Shown: positions 33,044 through 43,821, counted from the stretch's first letter. The stretch: DNA of 64,000 nucleotides from Candidatus Cloacimonadales bacterium (GCA_963678315.1 OY782781.1:2924752-2988751); one strand, 5' to 3'. The notes: generated by a model from the sequence alone, not told the origin. A program made the numbers and translations.

Positions 33044-34024
33044 ATGGATAATGTTTTAAAAGAGATTGAGCAAATAGCACGTAGAGTTGCGTGTAATTAT
33101 TTAGATGGTAATATATACACTGAAGATGTTGTACAAGAAGCATTAATTATATTTTACAAAAATAGAGATAAGATTGACTTAGATAATCTTGTAAACTGGA
33201 CATATACGGTTGTAAAGCACCTATGCCTTAACCTTATAGATAAAGATAAACGGAACTTAAAACTAAAGCAAGAAATTGAATTAAATAGACTTGCTGATAA
33301 AGAAACTATTATAGACGATTACAACAAACAGACTGTTGATAATTTTCAATCAATTTTGGAAGAACTCGACAGCTATACTTTTATAAATGATACAGATAAA
33401 AAGATATTAAAGAAGTATCTTCTAAAAGAACAAGGTCTTACCCAACTAAGTAGAAGCTATAAAATTAAAAAGAGTGTTTTAAAGAAGCGTATATATCAAG
33501 CACTTAGGGAGATTAAATTCTTTGAAATGTTATCAAAAGATGTTGTGGATTTTAATACTATTCCTGGAACTAAGATGCATACTAACGTAAGTAATTTCTT
33601 AAAGGCTCTGGAAAAAGCTCTAATAGATAATAATTTAAGTATTTTAAAAAACTATCTCAGATATGCGATTATTCATGATACCATAGCTAAAATAAATCTA
33701 AAACAGATAGTCGGTCATAGAATATCACTATTAAAAAATGATTCTTATAGGTTAACAATTACTTATCAAGATAACAATGACAACTATAAAGTGTTTGGTA
33801 TTAAATACTCTATCTTAGATAACAAAAGGATTTCAGTAGATGAAATTCCAATATTTCCTAAAAGTGTAAAACTAATAAGTCAAGAATATGCTGAAGGCAA
33901 GAAGGGCTTAAAGATGTTAACTAGCAAAAGAGGTATATACAACGGTAGACTAGGTGGTTTAGACGGCAAGATAGATAGAACAATTGGAAAAGTAATTCAG
34001 GATAAATCTGACTTTGTTGAATAA
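33044..34024 (+). CDS. Sigma-70/ECF-like sigma factor with C-terminal extension
   Basis: Region-2-like EDVVQEALIIFY...NWTYTVVKHLCLN and region-4-like LTQLSRSYKIKKSVLKKRIYQA, plus ~165 extra residues. Confidence 0.65.
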   Translation: MDNVLKEIEQIARRVACNYLDGNIYTEDVVQEALIIFYKNRDKIDLDNLVNWTYTVVKHLCLNLIDKDKRNLKLKQEIELNRLADKETIIDDYNKQTVDNFQSILEELDSYTFINDTDKKILKKYLLKEQGLTQLSRSYKIKKSVLKKRIYQALREIKFFEMLSKDVVDFNTIPGTKMHTNVSNFLKALEKALIDNNLSILKNYLRYAIIHDTIAKINLKQIVGHRISLLKNDSYRLTITYQDNNDNYKVFGIKYSILDNKRISVDEIPIFPKSVKLISQEYAEGKKGLKMLTSKRGIYNGRLGGLDGKIDRTIGKVIQDKSDFVE

Positions 34025-34183
34025 CTTATTCTTGGTTAATCTTTCGGATGGAGTCTTTCCTTCCAATTAACTAAAGCATTCTATCCGAAGTCTAGCTAAC
34101 ATTATCAATTAGCATTTCTTCCTCTCATCACCCACGATTGAAATCATGGTCTCTGAAGAGATATGTTCTTCCAGGACAATACA

Positions 34184-34440
34184 ATCTCTTAGCGTAAGCA
34201 TGAACTTTCTTGTTCAGCCTAACGGCGGATGCTTACACTCCATTTTCTGAGACGTTTTTCCAAACGTCTCTACAAATTCACTTATAACTACGTTCTAAGT
34301 GAAGCCAGCACAGAGGCTAGCGATCCAATTATGTCATTCCTCACCCCTCACTCCTAACTCCTAACTTACTGGTCTCCTTGAAAAAAAGCCGATTTTTCAA
34401 GGGGCAAGTAAGGATGTAGAGACCTTAGGAAAAACGTCTC
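34184..34440. repeat. Composite repeat: copy 2 of the 95-bp repeat joined to an inverted copy of the 9276-9476 element
   Basis: Direct match to 30756-30850, then reverse-complement match to 9276-9476. Confidence 0.88.
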
Positions 34441-34478
34441 AAGCCAGCTCGGAAGGCTGGCGATCCTAATTAAGTTTG

Positions 34479-35255
34479 TCATTGATTTAAGTAATTAACT
34501 GCTTCCTTAATTGTCATAATCTTTAAGTCATTACGACATAAATAGTCCATAATTTCTCTGAAGTTATTTATGGTACAGACATCAGGGCCTAAATTAATAT
34601 CATCATAAACTCGATGAAAGCCCAAGATAATTAGATCTTCATTATTATTTATGCCTGTTGTAATTCTATCAATTACATCCCGATAAGAATACTCTGAGCT
34701 ATAAAAGAAGTAACCTAAGTCATATTGATTTAATGGTACCTTCATTCTTTGATCTAGACTTGTACGAATAATTGGGAAGTACTTTTTTAACATTTCTCTT
34801 TGTTCAAAAGTAGCGTGTCCGTTAGGCAAGGAAAATCCACTTGGCTTAAGTCCATGTTCTTGAAAATTAGCTAAATCAGTTTCAATATCTCGGATAAACT
34901 CTTGGTTAGTGTAATCTTCTAAGTGATTGTGATTAAGAGAATGAGCAAAAACTTCCCATTCATAATCATTGGTAAGTTCTGTAAGTTGTTGCCAGGACAT
35001 GTGTCCATACTTATTCATTCCACCAGAATAGACTGTATTTGACGCTACAAGCCTGCAATTGTATCTTGTGGCATATTCTTGCATAATTGGTAAAGCCTTG
35101 GTATAAGTTGAGACATGCTCATCATCGAAACTTATCACTATTATAGGTTTATTAGTAGTCTGTGGTTGAACTATATCACAAGAAGTCAAAATTAATACTA
35201 AGCTAATTAAAATTAAGCTCAATTTGCATGCCTGCATCATAATATGAGTCTCCAT
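34479..35255 (-). CDS. Polysaccharide deacetylase (NodB/CE4) family lipoprotein
   Basis: LTSC lipobox, ISFDD, HSLNH, LPNG and LGFH motifs. The true start is probably slightly downstream of 35255. Confidence 0.8.
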   Translation of the reverse strand: METHIMMQACKLSLILISLVLILTSCDIVQPQTTNKPIIVISFDDEHVSTYTKALPIMQEYATRYNCRLVASNTVYSGGMNKYGHMSWQQLTELTNDYEWEVFAHSLNHNHLEDYTNQEFIRDIETDLANFQEHGLKPSGFSLPNGHATFEQREMLKKYFPIIRTSLDQRMKVPLNQYDLGYFFYSSEYSYRDVIDRITTGINNNEDLIILGFHRVYDDINLGPDVCTINNFREIMDYLCRNDLKIMTIKEAVNYLNQ

Positions 35256-36231
35256 AAGGTGGATTAGTAAGGGTTGAATTTACACCAATATTGAAAAATT
35301 CAGATAGCTGGTACTTAATAATTGCCATATTTTGGCAAGTTTGTTCAGAAAAAATAGAAGATCTTTTGTTAATCAGATTTATTTGCATGTGTCCCATTCT
35401 GTAAACCAAAGCTAAAGCAAAGCCTTGCTCATTATCCCAATCATTAGGTCCATCAGAATAATCTGTTAACTTATAATATGCGAGCAAGTCTATTCTCTTG
35501 TTTAAGAGTTCTTTTACACTTCCTTCGATGAAGTATCTATTAACAAAGTATTTTCCCTCTTCATAATCATTGTCTATCAAATTGAGGTCAGCTGCTAATT
35601 TTATACTGAAATGCTGACTAGCTAACTTATTCTTTAAGATAAAATGGTGATTAAACTGATTATAGATTTCATCTCTACCTGTATTTATATAGTTTGCTGT
35701 AAAATCAAAAAAGTCACTTTTAATGTTATACAAGAAGCTAAATATCCCAGTATCTAATTGATTACCTCCAAGATTCATTATGACACTATGCCCACCCTTA
35801 TGAAAATGGACTACAGCCCCATTAAATCGAATATTACTCAAAACATCTTGATTAAAATAAGGTAATCGAGGACTTAAAGATTCTACTTCAGATTTAAATG
35901 AATATTCCATGTCAGTTAACTCATAACCTATCTTAAAGTCTTTGTACTTATAGTAATATTTCAGCTGATTAAGTTCAAGATCTGTGTTCTTTAACTCTTC
36001 CTTATTAAGTAAAACAAGACTGAGATAATTACTGTCATATTCAAGCTTATATCCCAATTCAATTCTTTTGCTATCAAGGTAAGTATATTGACAATTGCTC
36101 TGCTTGTTTTCATTTATTTCAAGAGCTGAAAAAGCAAAAGCTTTAACATAAATGTCATCTTTTAGATTTATACCAAAAGAACAAAGCTGACTAACATAAG
36201 CAAATATAATTAATATAAGTATTCTTTTCAC
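35203..36231 (-). CDS. Hypothetical exported, probably outer-membrane protein
   Basis: Signal peptide, alternating beta-strand-like pattern, aromatic penultimate residue (LNFN). Confidence 0.55.
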   Translation of the reverse strand: MKRILILIIFAYVSQLCSFGINLKDDIYVKAFAFSALEINENKQSNCQYTYLDSKRIELGYKLEYDSNYLSLVLLNKEELKNTDLELNQLKYYYKYKDFKIGYELTDMEYSFKSEVESLSPRLPYFNQDVLSNIRFNGAVVHFHKGGHSVIMNLGGNQLDTGIFSFLYNIKSDFFDFTANYINTGRDEIYNQFNHHFILKNKLASQHFSIKLAADLNLIDNDYEEGKYFVNRYFIEGSVKELLNKRIDLLAYYKLTDYSDGPNDWDNEQGFALALVYRMGHMQINLINKRSSIFSEQTCQNMAIIKYQLSEFFNIGVNSTLTNPPYGDSYYDAGMQIELNFN

Positions 36232-36456
36232 TATAACTCCTTGAACTAATTAAAAGTGTTTAATTTATATTGTAAATAAAAAATAAGTTGGTAAGCGTTT
36301 TATATATCATTAAATACGATTATATATATGTCTCTTACATTATTATATAAATCAAAGACTGCTAAATAATTCTTTATTTTGTGTTAAGTCTAAGAAGAAA
36401 TTTGACAAATGCATGTATCTGATTTTATCTAGTAATGTAATTTTTACTTTCAAGAG

Positions 36457-38430
36457 GTGATAATGACTATTAATAAAATACAAGATTCGGAGCTTCCTTT
36501 TTTAGGATTGCTATCTGAAAAATTCCCTAATATTGCTAGTGCAAGCACAGAGATTATTAACTTATCAGCAATACTAAATTTACCCAAAGGAACTGAGCAT
36601 TTCCTTTCTGATATACATGGTGAATTTGATTCTTTTCAACATGTTTTACGAAATGCTTCTGGAGTTATAAGAAATAAAGTTAAATCCCTTTTTGAGATGC
36701 ACCTTACTGAATCTGAAATTGGAGAATTATGTTTCTTAGTTTATTATCCTGAGGAAATACTGAAAACAGCATTAAGCACACAAGAGTCAATCATGGATTG
36801 GTACACTGTAAACCTTTATAGATTAATTTTACTCTGTAAAGAATCTACTTCAAAATATACCAGATCAAAAGTTAGAAAAGCTCTTCCTAAAGAATTTGCT
36901 TACATTATTGACGAGCTTCTCTATGAACATGCAGAAAATAAACATGAGTATTATACTCAAATCATTAAAGCAATAATAGAATATGGCCAAGCAGAACCTT
37001 TCATTATCCAAATAGCTAAACTAATCCAACGTTTTTCAATCGACCATCTACATATAATTGGAGATATTTTCGACAGAGGACCTAGCCCACACCTAATCAT
37101 GGATATGCTAGCTAAACATCACTCACTTGATATCCAATGGGGAAACCATGATATACTATGGATGGGGGCAGGTGCTGGATCAGAAGCTTGTATTGCTAAT
37201 GTTCTTAGAATTAGCCTCAGATATGGCAATCTAGAAACTATTGAAGATGGATATGGAATTAACCTTCGTCCTCTTTGGAACTTCGCTACTGAAACATATA
37301 AAGAAGATCCTTGCCTAGAGTTTTACCCAAAAAATAAAGAAGAACTTTCTGATGAGTTGGCTATTAACTTAGCTAAAGTTGCTAAGGCTATCACAATTAT
37401 TCAACTTAAACTTGAATCACAACTGATTAAAAGAAGACCTCTCTTCGATATGAATGATAGACTTTTACTTAATTGTGTCGACTACAAGCAAGGAACTATT
37501 AATATTCAAGATAAAACTTATCAGCTAACAAGCTGTAACTTCCCTACTATCGATCCTGATAACCCTGGTAAATTAAGCAAGAAAGAAAAAGATATTGTTG
37601 AACAATTAAGATCTGCTTTTATTCAAAATGATAAGCTTCAATCTCATGTAAGATTGTTATATTCTCGTGGTTCTCTTTATAAAATTCACAATAACAATCT
37701 GCTTTTCCATGGTTGCATACTTCTGAATGATGATAAAACTCTAAAAGAACTTACAATTCAAGGTAAAGAATACTCTGGCAAAGCCTTAATGGACAAGTTT
37801 GAGAAACTTGCAAGACAGGGCTATATGTCTAAAGATAGCAACAAAAAGTCTTATGGAAAGGATATTATGTGGTATCTTTGGTCAGGAATGGATTCTCCCC
37901 TCTTCGGAAAGACTAAAATGGCAACTTTCGAAAGACTCTTCATAAATGATAAAGAAACTCACAAAGAAGAAAAGAATCCATATTATAGCTATAGAAATGA
38001 GGAAGCGACCTGTAAAATGATAATTAGAGAGTTTGGCTTAGACCCTGATTCTTCTCATATCATTAATGGTCATGTTCCTGTTAAAACTATTGCTGGTGAA
38101 TCCCCTGTAAAAGCAAATGGTAAATTGATAGTCATTGATGGTGGACTATCAAAAGCTTATCAAAAAGTTACCGGTATTGCTGGCTACACACTTATAGCGA
38201 ATTCTCATGGGCTTACCCTTACTGCTCATCAACCATTTGTATCTCAACAAGAAGCAATTTCTAAGAGAATAGACATTGAATCCCAGCGTTCTATCCTTGA
38301 AACTTCCAAACAAAGAATAAGAGTTAAAGATACAGATACTGGAAAAAAACTACAAGAACAGATTAATAATATTAAGAAACTTTTGATAGCTTATAGGTCA
38401 GGAGATTTCCCTGAAATAAAAAGTTTATGA
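36457..38430 (+). CDS. fbp: Fructose-1,6-bisphosphatase class 3
   Basis: LNLPKGTEHFLSDIHGE, GDIFDRGP, QWGNHD, NGHVPVK and IDGGLSKAYQ motifs. Confidence 0.95.
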   Translation: MIMTINKIQDSELPFLGLLSEKFPNIASASTEIINLSAILNLPKGTEHFLSDIHGEFDSFQHVLRNASGVIRNKVKSLFEMHLTESEIGELCFLVYYPEEILKTALSTQESIMDWYTVNLYRLILLCKESTSKYTRSKVRKALPKEFAYIIDELLYEHAENKHEYYTQIIKAIIEYGQAEPFIIQIAKLIQRFSIDHLHIIGDIFDRGPSPHLIMDMLAKHHSLDIQWGNHDILWMGAGAGSEACIANVLRISLRYGNLETIEDGYGINLRPLWNFATETYKEDPCLEFYPKNKEELSDELAINLAKVAKAITIIQLKLESQLIKRRPLFDMNDRLLLNCVDYKQGTINIQDKTYQLTSCNFPTIDPDNPGKLSKKEKDIVEQLRSAFIQNDKLQSHVRLLYSRGSLYKIHNNNLLFHGCILLNDDKTLKELTIQGKEYSGKALMDKFEKLARQGYMSKDSNKKSYGKDIMWYLWSGMDSPLFGKTKMATFERLFINDKETHKEEKNPYYSYRNEEATCKMIIREFGLDPDSSHIINGHVPVKTIAGESPVKANGKLIVIDGGLSKAYQKVTGIAGYTLIANSHGLTLTAHQPFVSQQEAISKRIDIESQRSILETSKQRIRVKDTDTGKKLQEQINNIKKLLIAYRSGDFPEIKSL

Positions 38431-38629
38431 ATTTAAGAAAAATTGTTGAATTGTTAACAAAAAAATATATTTACTTATAAAAAAAAGTGTTTGACAAATT
38501 AATACTACTATTGAAGTTGTTATAATAGTCTTATTTTATGCAATAGAATAGGTGTAGTAAGAGTTCTAAACGACTTAATATAAATATTTTATTAGTAAAA
38601 GCTTATTTTATAATGATAAGGAGAAATCT

Positions 38630-41491
38630 ATGCACAGAAACCAGCACAAGACATGGTCGATATTGTTACTATGTTTAACTGCTTTAGTTTTTTCTTTTAA
38701 TCTTCATGCATCTGATGCAAAAGAAGTTAAAATTGAGAACTTCAAAGTGGAGGATATCCCTGGTGATCGCGGTAATGGTTTGATTCTAAAATGGAAACCA
38801 CTATCAGATGATCTAAGGATTATGGAATATAGAGTATATCGTGGAACCACAAAAGATGCTCTATACTATTTAGGAACCGTTGCTTTAAACCCAGATGTGG
38901 GATTTAAAGGTGACACATTAACTTTTTCAGATCAAGGTTGGAAACCTTTCGTTGATAAAACTTGTCCAGGCTCTAGAGTAGTCGACAAAAATGTTGAATC
39001 AACTGAAGCAACTTTCTACGGAACCATGCAAAAAGGTTACCCAAGAGATCTTGATATTCTTGCTCAAGAAAATGGAAAACTACAATTTTTAACTCAGATT
39101 GACAGAGGAATCTACTATAGTAAAGGTAAAATGGTACAAGAAGATTCTACTACTGTTTTATCAAGCTATCCAATTGGTAATGTAAGTGTTCTTGCACAAA
39201 TAATACCAGATAGCACTTACTATTATAGTGTAGTTCCTGTTAATGAAAACAGAAGATATTATTCTCCATCAGAAATTGTTAGTGGCTCTCCTATAGCTAA
39301 TCCATATTTTAGACCTGCTAAGGATTTTTATGGTGCATTAATAACAGATGAAGATACAAATGAAAAGACTCTAAACTTTGAATGGGATTATCATTCAGAT
39401 TCTTCATTACCTTTAACAAAAATTTATTTATTTGATGCTTATTGGGATGATGTTGCTACTGATATTAAATATAAAGATCAGGCTAAGAGAATTCCTTATT
39501 CAAATTCATATAATACTCTTTTCACTCCTATTGTTCTTCCTATTACATCATCAGAAAATAGACAAAGCTATAAACTAGAACAAATTGAAGATAATTACTG
39601 CTTCATGACTGGTAATGATACTATTATTATTGATGTTGATAATATTGAAAAATATACTGTAGCTATCGTTGGTACTCTTCAAGGTGAAGATTATCTTTAT
39701 TATTTAGAAGAAAACGAAAACCTTAATTCTGGAATAAATTATAAAGAGATAGTAAGATATACTACTGCTGATTTACCTCAAGTTAAAGAAGTAACAGTAT
39801 CAGATAAACCTAATGATAAAGGTGATACACAAGTATTAGTATGGGAAAAACCAACTATTGAGATTACTAAAACCAATTTCTCTAACAAACTTGGTTCTTA
39901 CCTAATTGTTAACTATGAGTACTATGAATCAGAAGCTGAAAAGATTAAATCTGTTAACTTTGATTTCATGTATGATGATAATGATGAAGTTATAATGTCT
40001 TACAATGAGTTCTATCTTAACAATATTATTAAGATGTCATTACCTGAAGAATATGACAATCATAACTTAATTGTTAAAATGACTATTACAACTAACAATA
40101 AAGAAACAGAACCTTATTCAATTATTCAGTATTTAAACTATGATGAAATCATGAAATCACTAAATCCTGGTGATATTTTCAAAGATGGTTTAAACCTTAG
40201 AGATTTCACTTATGATATATATGCTAAATCTCAAAGACCTAACTTTGGTCTTATTAAAACAAGAACACCTGGTAAAACAAACAATTACCCTGATGTAATT
40301 AGTTATGAAGATAAGATTACTACTTTAGTTCATAGATTTGATGTTGAAACAAAAGGTATTTTAATTGCTTCTGATCTTACAGTTTTTTATGATACTCAAT
40401 CAGAAATGTCATTAGAATTAAGTCCTTTCTCTGAAATTGCTCAAGGTCAGATGGACAAGCAACTTGCTCAACTTGAAAAACAAGCAGAGACAAACGAAAA
40501 AGCTCAACTTTTCAAAACAAACATCATGTACATTAAAGAGTTTCTTGATACTAACCCATCAGACTCAAAATGGATGTCATTTGTTAAGAAGCAAAGAGAT
40601 AAATCTCTTCGTCAAAGAGCTTATAAAATGGTTGCTACCAATTCAAAAGGTTTATTTGTAGATTACAAATTACCTCAAGATGAACAAGGTAATGATATTT
40701 ACTTCATGCCTGTATCAAACGACTTTGACTATACAAAGTGGCCAATGCTTTTAGCTACAATCATTTTCGGTTTATTAGTTGCTGTAATGGTTTCTATGGC
40801 TAAACGTGGTAAAGATTTATATATCAGACCTATCGCAGGTATTCAAGAAATTGACAATGCTATCGGTCGTGCTACAGAGATGGGACGTCCAATCCTATTC
40901 GTACCTGGTATGTCATCAATTAGTGCAGTTGCAACACTTGCTGCTTTATCTATATTGGGTAAAGTTGCTAAGAAAGCTGCAGAATATGATACAAGAATCA
41001 TTGTACCTTGTAAAGACTTCATCGTGATGCCTATTGCTCAAGAAATTGTTAAAGAATCACATATTGAAGCTGGTAGACCTGATACTTATGATAAGAACTC
41101 AGTGTTCTTCATTACTCAATCACAATTTGCTTATGTGGCTGGTGTTAATGGTATCATGATTCGTGAAAAGACTGCTACAAACTTCTACATGGGACAATAC
41201 TTCGCTGAATCACTTCTTATGACAGAAACTGGTAACACTACTGGTGCTATCCAGATTGCTGGTACTGACTCAGTTACTCAAATCCCATTCTTTATTACTA
41301 CTTGTGACTATACTCTAATTGGTGAAGAGTTATATGCTGCTTCAGCTTATATGTCTAAAGAACCAATGATTTTGGGTACTCTTAAAGCTCAGGATTATTT
41401 CAAGTTTATCATCTTGTTCTTCGTGATTGTTGGAACTATTCTTTCAACTGCACAAGTAACATTCCTACTTGATATATTCCCAACTAAATAG
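38630..41491 (+). CDS. Exported FN3-like-domain protein with C-terminal membrane-associated conserved domain (DUF6754-like)
   Basis: Signal peptide, two D-x-P-x-D-x-G...W motifs, a TM helix, then IRPIAGIQEIDNAIGRATEMGRP...DYTLIGEELYAASAY. Confidence 0.7.
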   Translation: MHRNQHKTWSILLLCLTALVFSFNLHASDAKEVKIENFKVEDIPGDRGNGLILKWKPLSDDLRIMEYRVYRGTTKDALYYLGTVALNPDVGFKGDTLTFSDQGWKPFVDKTCPGSRVVDKNVESTEATFYGTMQKGYPRDLDILAQENGKLQFLTQIDRGIYYSKGKMVQEDSTTVLSSYPIGNVSVLAQIIPDSTYYYSVVPVNENRRYYSPSEIVSGSPIANPYFRPAKDFYGALITDEDTNEKTLNFEWDYHSDSSLPLTKIYLFDAYWDDVATDIKYKDQAKRIPYSNSYNTLFTPIVLPITSSENRQSYKLEQIEDNYCFMTGNDTIIIDVDNIEKYTVAIVGTLQGEDYLYYLEENENLNSGINYKEIVRYTTADLPQVKEVTVSDKPNDKGDTQVLVWEKPTIEITKTNFSNKLGSYLIVNYEYYESEAEKIKSVNFDFMYDDNDEVIMSYNEFYLNNIIKMSLPEEYDNHNLIVKMTITTNNKETEPYSIIQYLNYDEIMKSLNPGDIFKDGLNLRDFTYDIYAKSQRPNFGLIKTRTPGKTNNYPDVISYEDKITTLVHRFDVETKGILIASDLTVFYDTQSEMSLELSPFSEIAQGQMDKQLAQLEKQAETNEKAQLFKTNIMYIKEFLDTNPSDSKWMSFVKKQRDKSLRQRAYKMVATNSKGLFVDYKLPQDEQGNDIYFMPVSNDFDYTKWPMLLATIIFGLLVAVMVSMAKRGKDLYIRPIAGIQEIDNAIGRATEMGRPILFVPGMSSISAVATLAALSILGKVAKKAAEYDTRIIVPCKDFIVMPIAQEIVKESHIEAGRPDTYDKNSVFFITQSQFAYVAGVNGIMIREKTATNFYMGQYFAESLLMTETGNTTGAIQIAGTDSVTQIPFFITTCDYTLIGEELYAASAYMSKEPMILGTLKAQDYFKFIILFFVIVGTILSTAQVTFLLDIFPTK

Positions 41492-41501
41492 GAGAAAATA
41501 A

Positions 41502-42140
41502 ATGAAGAAAAATATACCTTTAGCGATAGTTATCCTACTTGGATTCGTATTTGTTGGTTGGACTCTTATTCCAGCTAAATGGATGCAAGATGATTTCTAT
41601 TTTGCTTTCCAAGAATTTTCTAAAACTATGTCACCATTTGCTGCATTTTTGGGTATTTACTCATTAGTATCAGTTAACTGGGCTAAGATTAGAATGAAAG
41701 CTCCTAAATGGGGTTACTCAGTTGTTACTCTTGCAGGTCTTGTAATCACAGCTACTGTTGGTTTCATGTGGGGTGTAAAAGCTGGTACTCCTGCAATGTG
41801 GATATTCAAAAACATTCAAATGCCTATGAGTGCAACAATGTTCTCATTACTTGCATTCTACATGGCAACTGCTGCTTATAAATCATTTAGAGCACGTTCA
41901 GCTGAAGCTACAGTTCTTTTAGTAGCAGCTGTTATTGTTATGCTCGGTCAAGTTCCTCTTGGAATGACTTTAACCAAAAGCTGGCCTATTAATATTCTAG
42001 ACATTTCACAATGGATTATGGATGTACCTAACTTAGCATCTAAAAGAGGAATTGCTCTAGGTGTTGGTTTAGGATCTGTGGCTACAGCACTTAAAATCCT
42101 CCTTGGTATTGAAAGAACATACCTTGGTGGTGGAGACTAG
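41502..42140 (+). CDS. Uncharacterised integral membrane protein (cluster gene 2)
   Basis: About 6 hydrophobic segments; FSLLAFYMATAAYKSFRARS motif; tight operon spacing. Confidence 0.8.
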   Translation: MKKNIPLAIVILLGFVFVGWTLIPAKWMQDDFYFAFQEFSKTMSPFAAFLGIYSLVSVNWAKIRMKAPKWGYSVVTLAGLVITATVGFMWGVKAGTPAMWIFKNIQMPMSATMFSLLAFYMATAAYKSFRARSAEATVLLVAAVIVMLGQVPLGMTLTKSWPINILDISQWIMDVPNLASKRGIALGVGLGSVATALKILLGIERTYLGGGD

Positions 42141-42151
42141 AGGAGGAATTA

Positions 42152-43183
42152 ATGGCTAATTTAAAAAACTTACAAAACTTAGATAGAAGATGGGTTTACT
42201 TATTCATAGCTGTTGCTATTATTACACCACTTATCTTCCCGTTTAACTCAAAAACATATTCAACAACTTATGTTGAAAGCTTATACCAATTAGTTGATTC
42301 TTACTCTCCTTATGTGAGAGCTGATGATATTAACCAAGATGGTGTTATTGATGACAGTGAAGTTGAGAAATTCAAAATAGACCGTGCTATTTTCATGGAC
42401 TTCTATCATGATGCATCAACTATGCCTGAGCTCTTCCCTATGGAAGTTGCTATGCTTAGACACTGTTTCTACCGTAGAATTCCAGTATTTACTTTCACTG
42501 CTTTGATTGCTGCAGCTCCGATTATTGAAGACGCTATTGCTCAAGCAAGTGAAGGTGTTTCAAAACAAACAGGAAGACCAATTGTTCGTGGTAAAGACTA
42601 CTGTAACATTGGCTACAAACCTGCTGCTCTTTACTTACCTATTCTTCTTGGTATGGGTGATGATATTGCGAAAGTTGTTGAAACAGATGCTGACGGTAAC
42701 AGAATGGAATCACTTCCAATCTTTACTGAAACTACTATTAAAAACTATACTCAAATGAATCTTGTTTATGAAACTTCTGGTTCTGAACCTGGTACATCAT
42801 GGATGATTTATGCTAGACCTAAGTTTGGTGTTAATGTTGGTGTTGGACTTACTGCTGTTATGGCAGCTGACCAATATCCTTACCTACAATCAGGTCAATG
42901 TGTTGGTATGACTGCTGGACTAAAAGGTGCTGCTGAATACGAAATGCTCGTTGATAGATTTGCTATGCGTGGTATACCATTCTCTAAAGGTCAATTAGAC
43001 TCTTATGATGAAGAAGCTGAAAAGGTTCTAGATATTACTAGTGATGCTGTTCCTACTAGCTTTAAACAAGCTCGTCTTGGTATGAATGCTCAGTCTGTTG
43101 CTCACATGTTAATCATTCTTTTCATTATCGTAGGTAACATTGGTTACTTCATGGAAAGAAAGAAATCTAAAAAGAATTTATAG
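42152..43183 (+). CDS. Uncharacterised membrane-anchored protein (cluster gene 3)
   Basis: N- and C-terminal TM segments; YPYLQSGQ..G...GLKGAAEYE motif; DINQDGVIDDSE Ca-binding-like loop. Confidence 0.8.
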   Translation: MANLKNLQNLDRRWVYLFIAVAIITPLIFPFNSKTYSTTYVESLYQLVDSYSPYVRADDINQDGVIDDSEVEKFKIDRAIFMDFYHDASTMPELFPMEVAMLRHCFYRRIPVFTFTALIAAAPIIEDAIAQASEGVSKQTGRPIVRGKDYCNIGYKPAALYLPILLGMGDDIAKVVETDADGNRMESLPIFTETTIKNYTQMNLVYETSGSEPGTSWMIYARPKFGVNVGVGLTAVMAADQYPYLQSGQCVGMTAGLKGAAEYEMLVDRFAMRGIPFSKGQLDSYDEEAEKVLDITSDAVPTSFKQARLGMNAQSVAHMLIILFIIVGNIGYFMERKKSKKNL

Positions 43184-43195
43184 GAGGTAAATAAG

Positions 43196-43792
43196 ATGAC
43201 TTTACTCGGTCAAATTGTTGCGGTATTTTTTACGCTAGCAATATTCTCATTTCTCTATAAGGATAATCCAGCTTATAGATTTGCTGAATACCTCCTTGTA
43301 GGTGTATCAATGGGTTACGGTATTCCCCTAATTTGGGAACAAGCCTTTATGCCATTCGTTTATCAAAGACTATTTGTTGAACATAAATGGATCTTTATTA
43401 TTCCATGTCTATTCGGTATGTTATACTGGTTTAGATTCAGCAGAAACCTAGGTTGGTTATCTAGATATCCAATCGCTATCGGTATGGGTGCTGTTGGTAT
43501 GAGTGTTACTATGAGTATGAACTCTATGGTTCTTGTTCAAGTTAGACAAGCTATGGTTCCACTAGAAAACTTTAACTTATTCTTAGTTTTCTTAGGTACT
43601 ATTACTGTGCTTTTCTACTTCTTCTTCTCAAAAGCTCATACAGGACTCTACGGGAAGTTCTCTAAGATTGGTATCTGGTACATGATGATTGGTTTCGGTG
43701 CTTCATTCGGTTTTACCGTTATGGCTCGTATCTCTCTTCTTATCGGAAGACTTCAATTCTTAGCACAAACTTTCAGTGGTTGGTTCTCATAG
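43196..43792 (+). CDS. Uncharacterised integral membrane protein (cluster gene 4)
   Basis: TLAIFSFLYKDNP.YRFAE and MIGFGASFGFTVMARISLL motifs; hydrophobic. Confidence 0.8.
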   Translation: MTLLGQIVAVFFTLAIFSFLYKDNPAYRFAEYLLVGVSMGYGIPLIWEQAFMPFVYQRLFVEHKWIFIIPCLFGMLYWFRFSRNLGWLSRYPIAIGMGAVGMSVTMSMNSMVLVQVRQAMVPLENFNLFLVFLGTITVLFYFFFSKAHTGLYGKFSKIGIWYMMIGFGASFGFTVMARISLLIGRLQFLAQTFSGWFS

Positions 43793-43821
43793 AAACTGAA
43801 ATATAAGAATATAAAATATCT

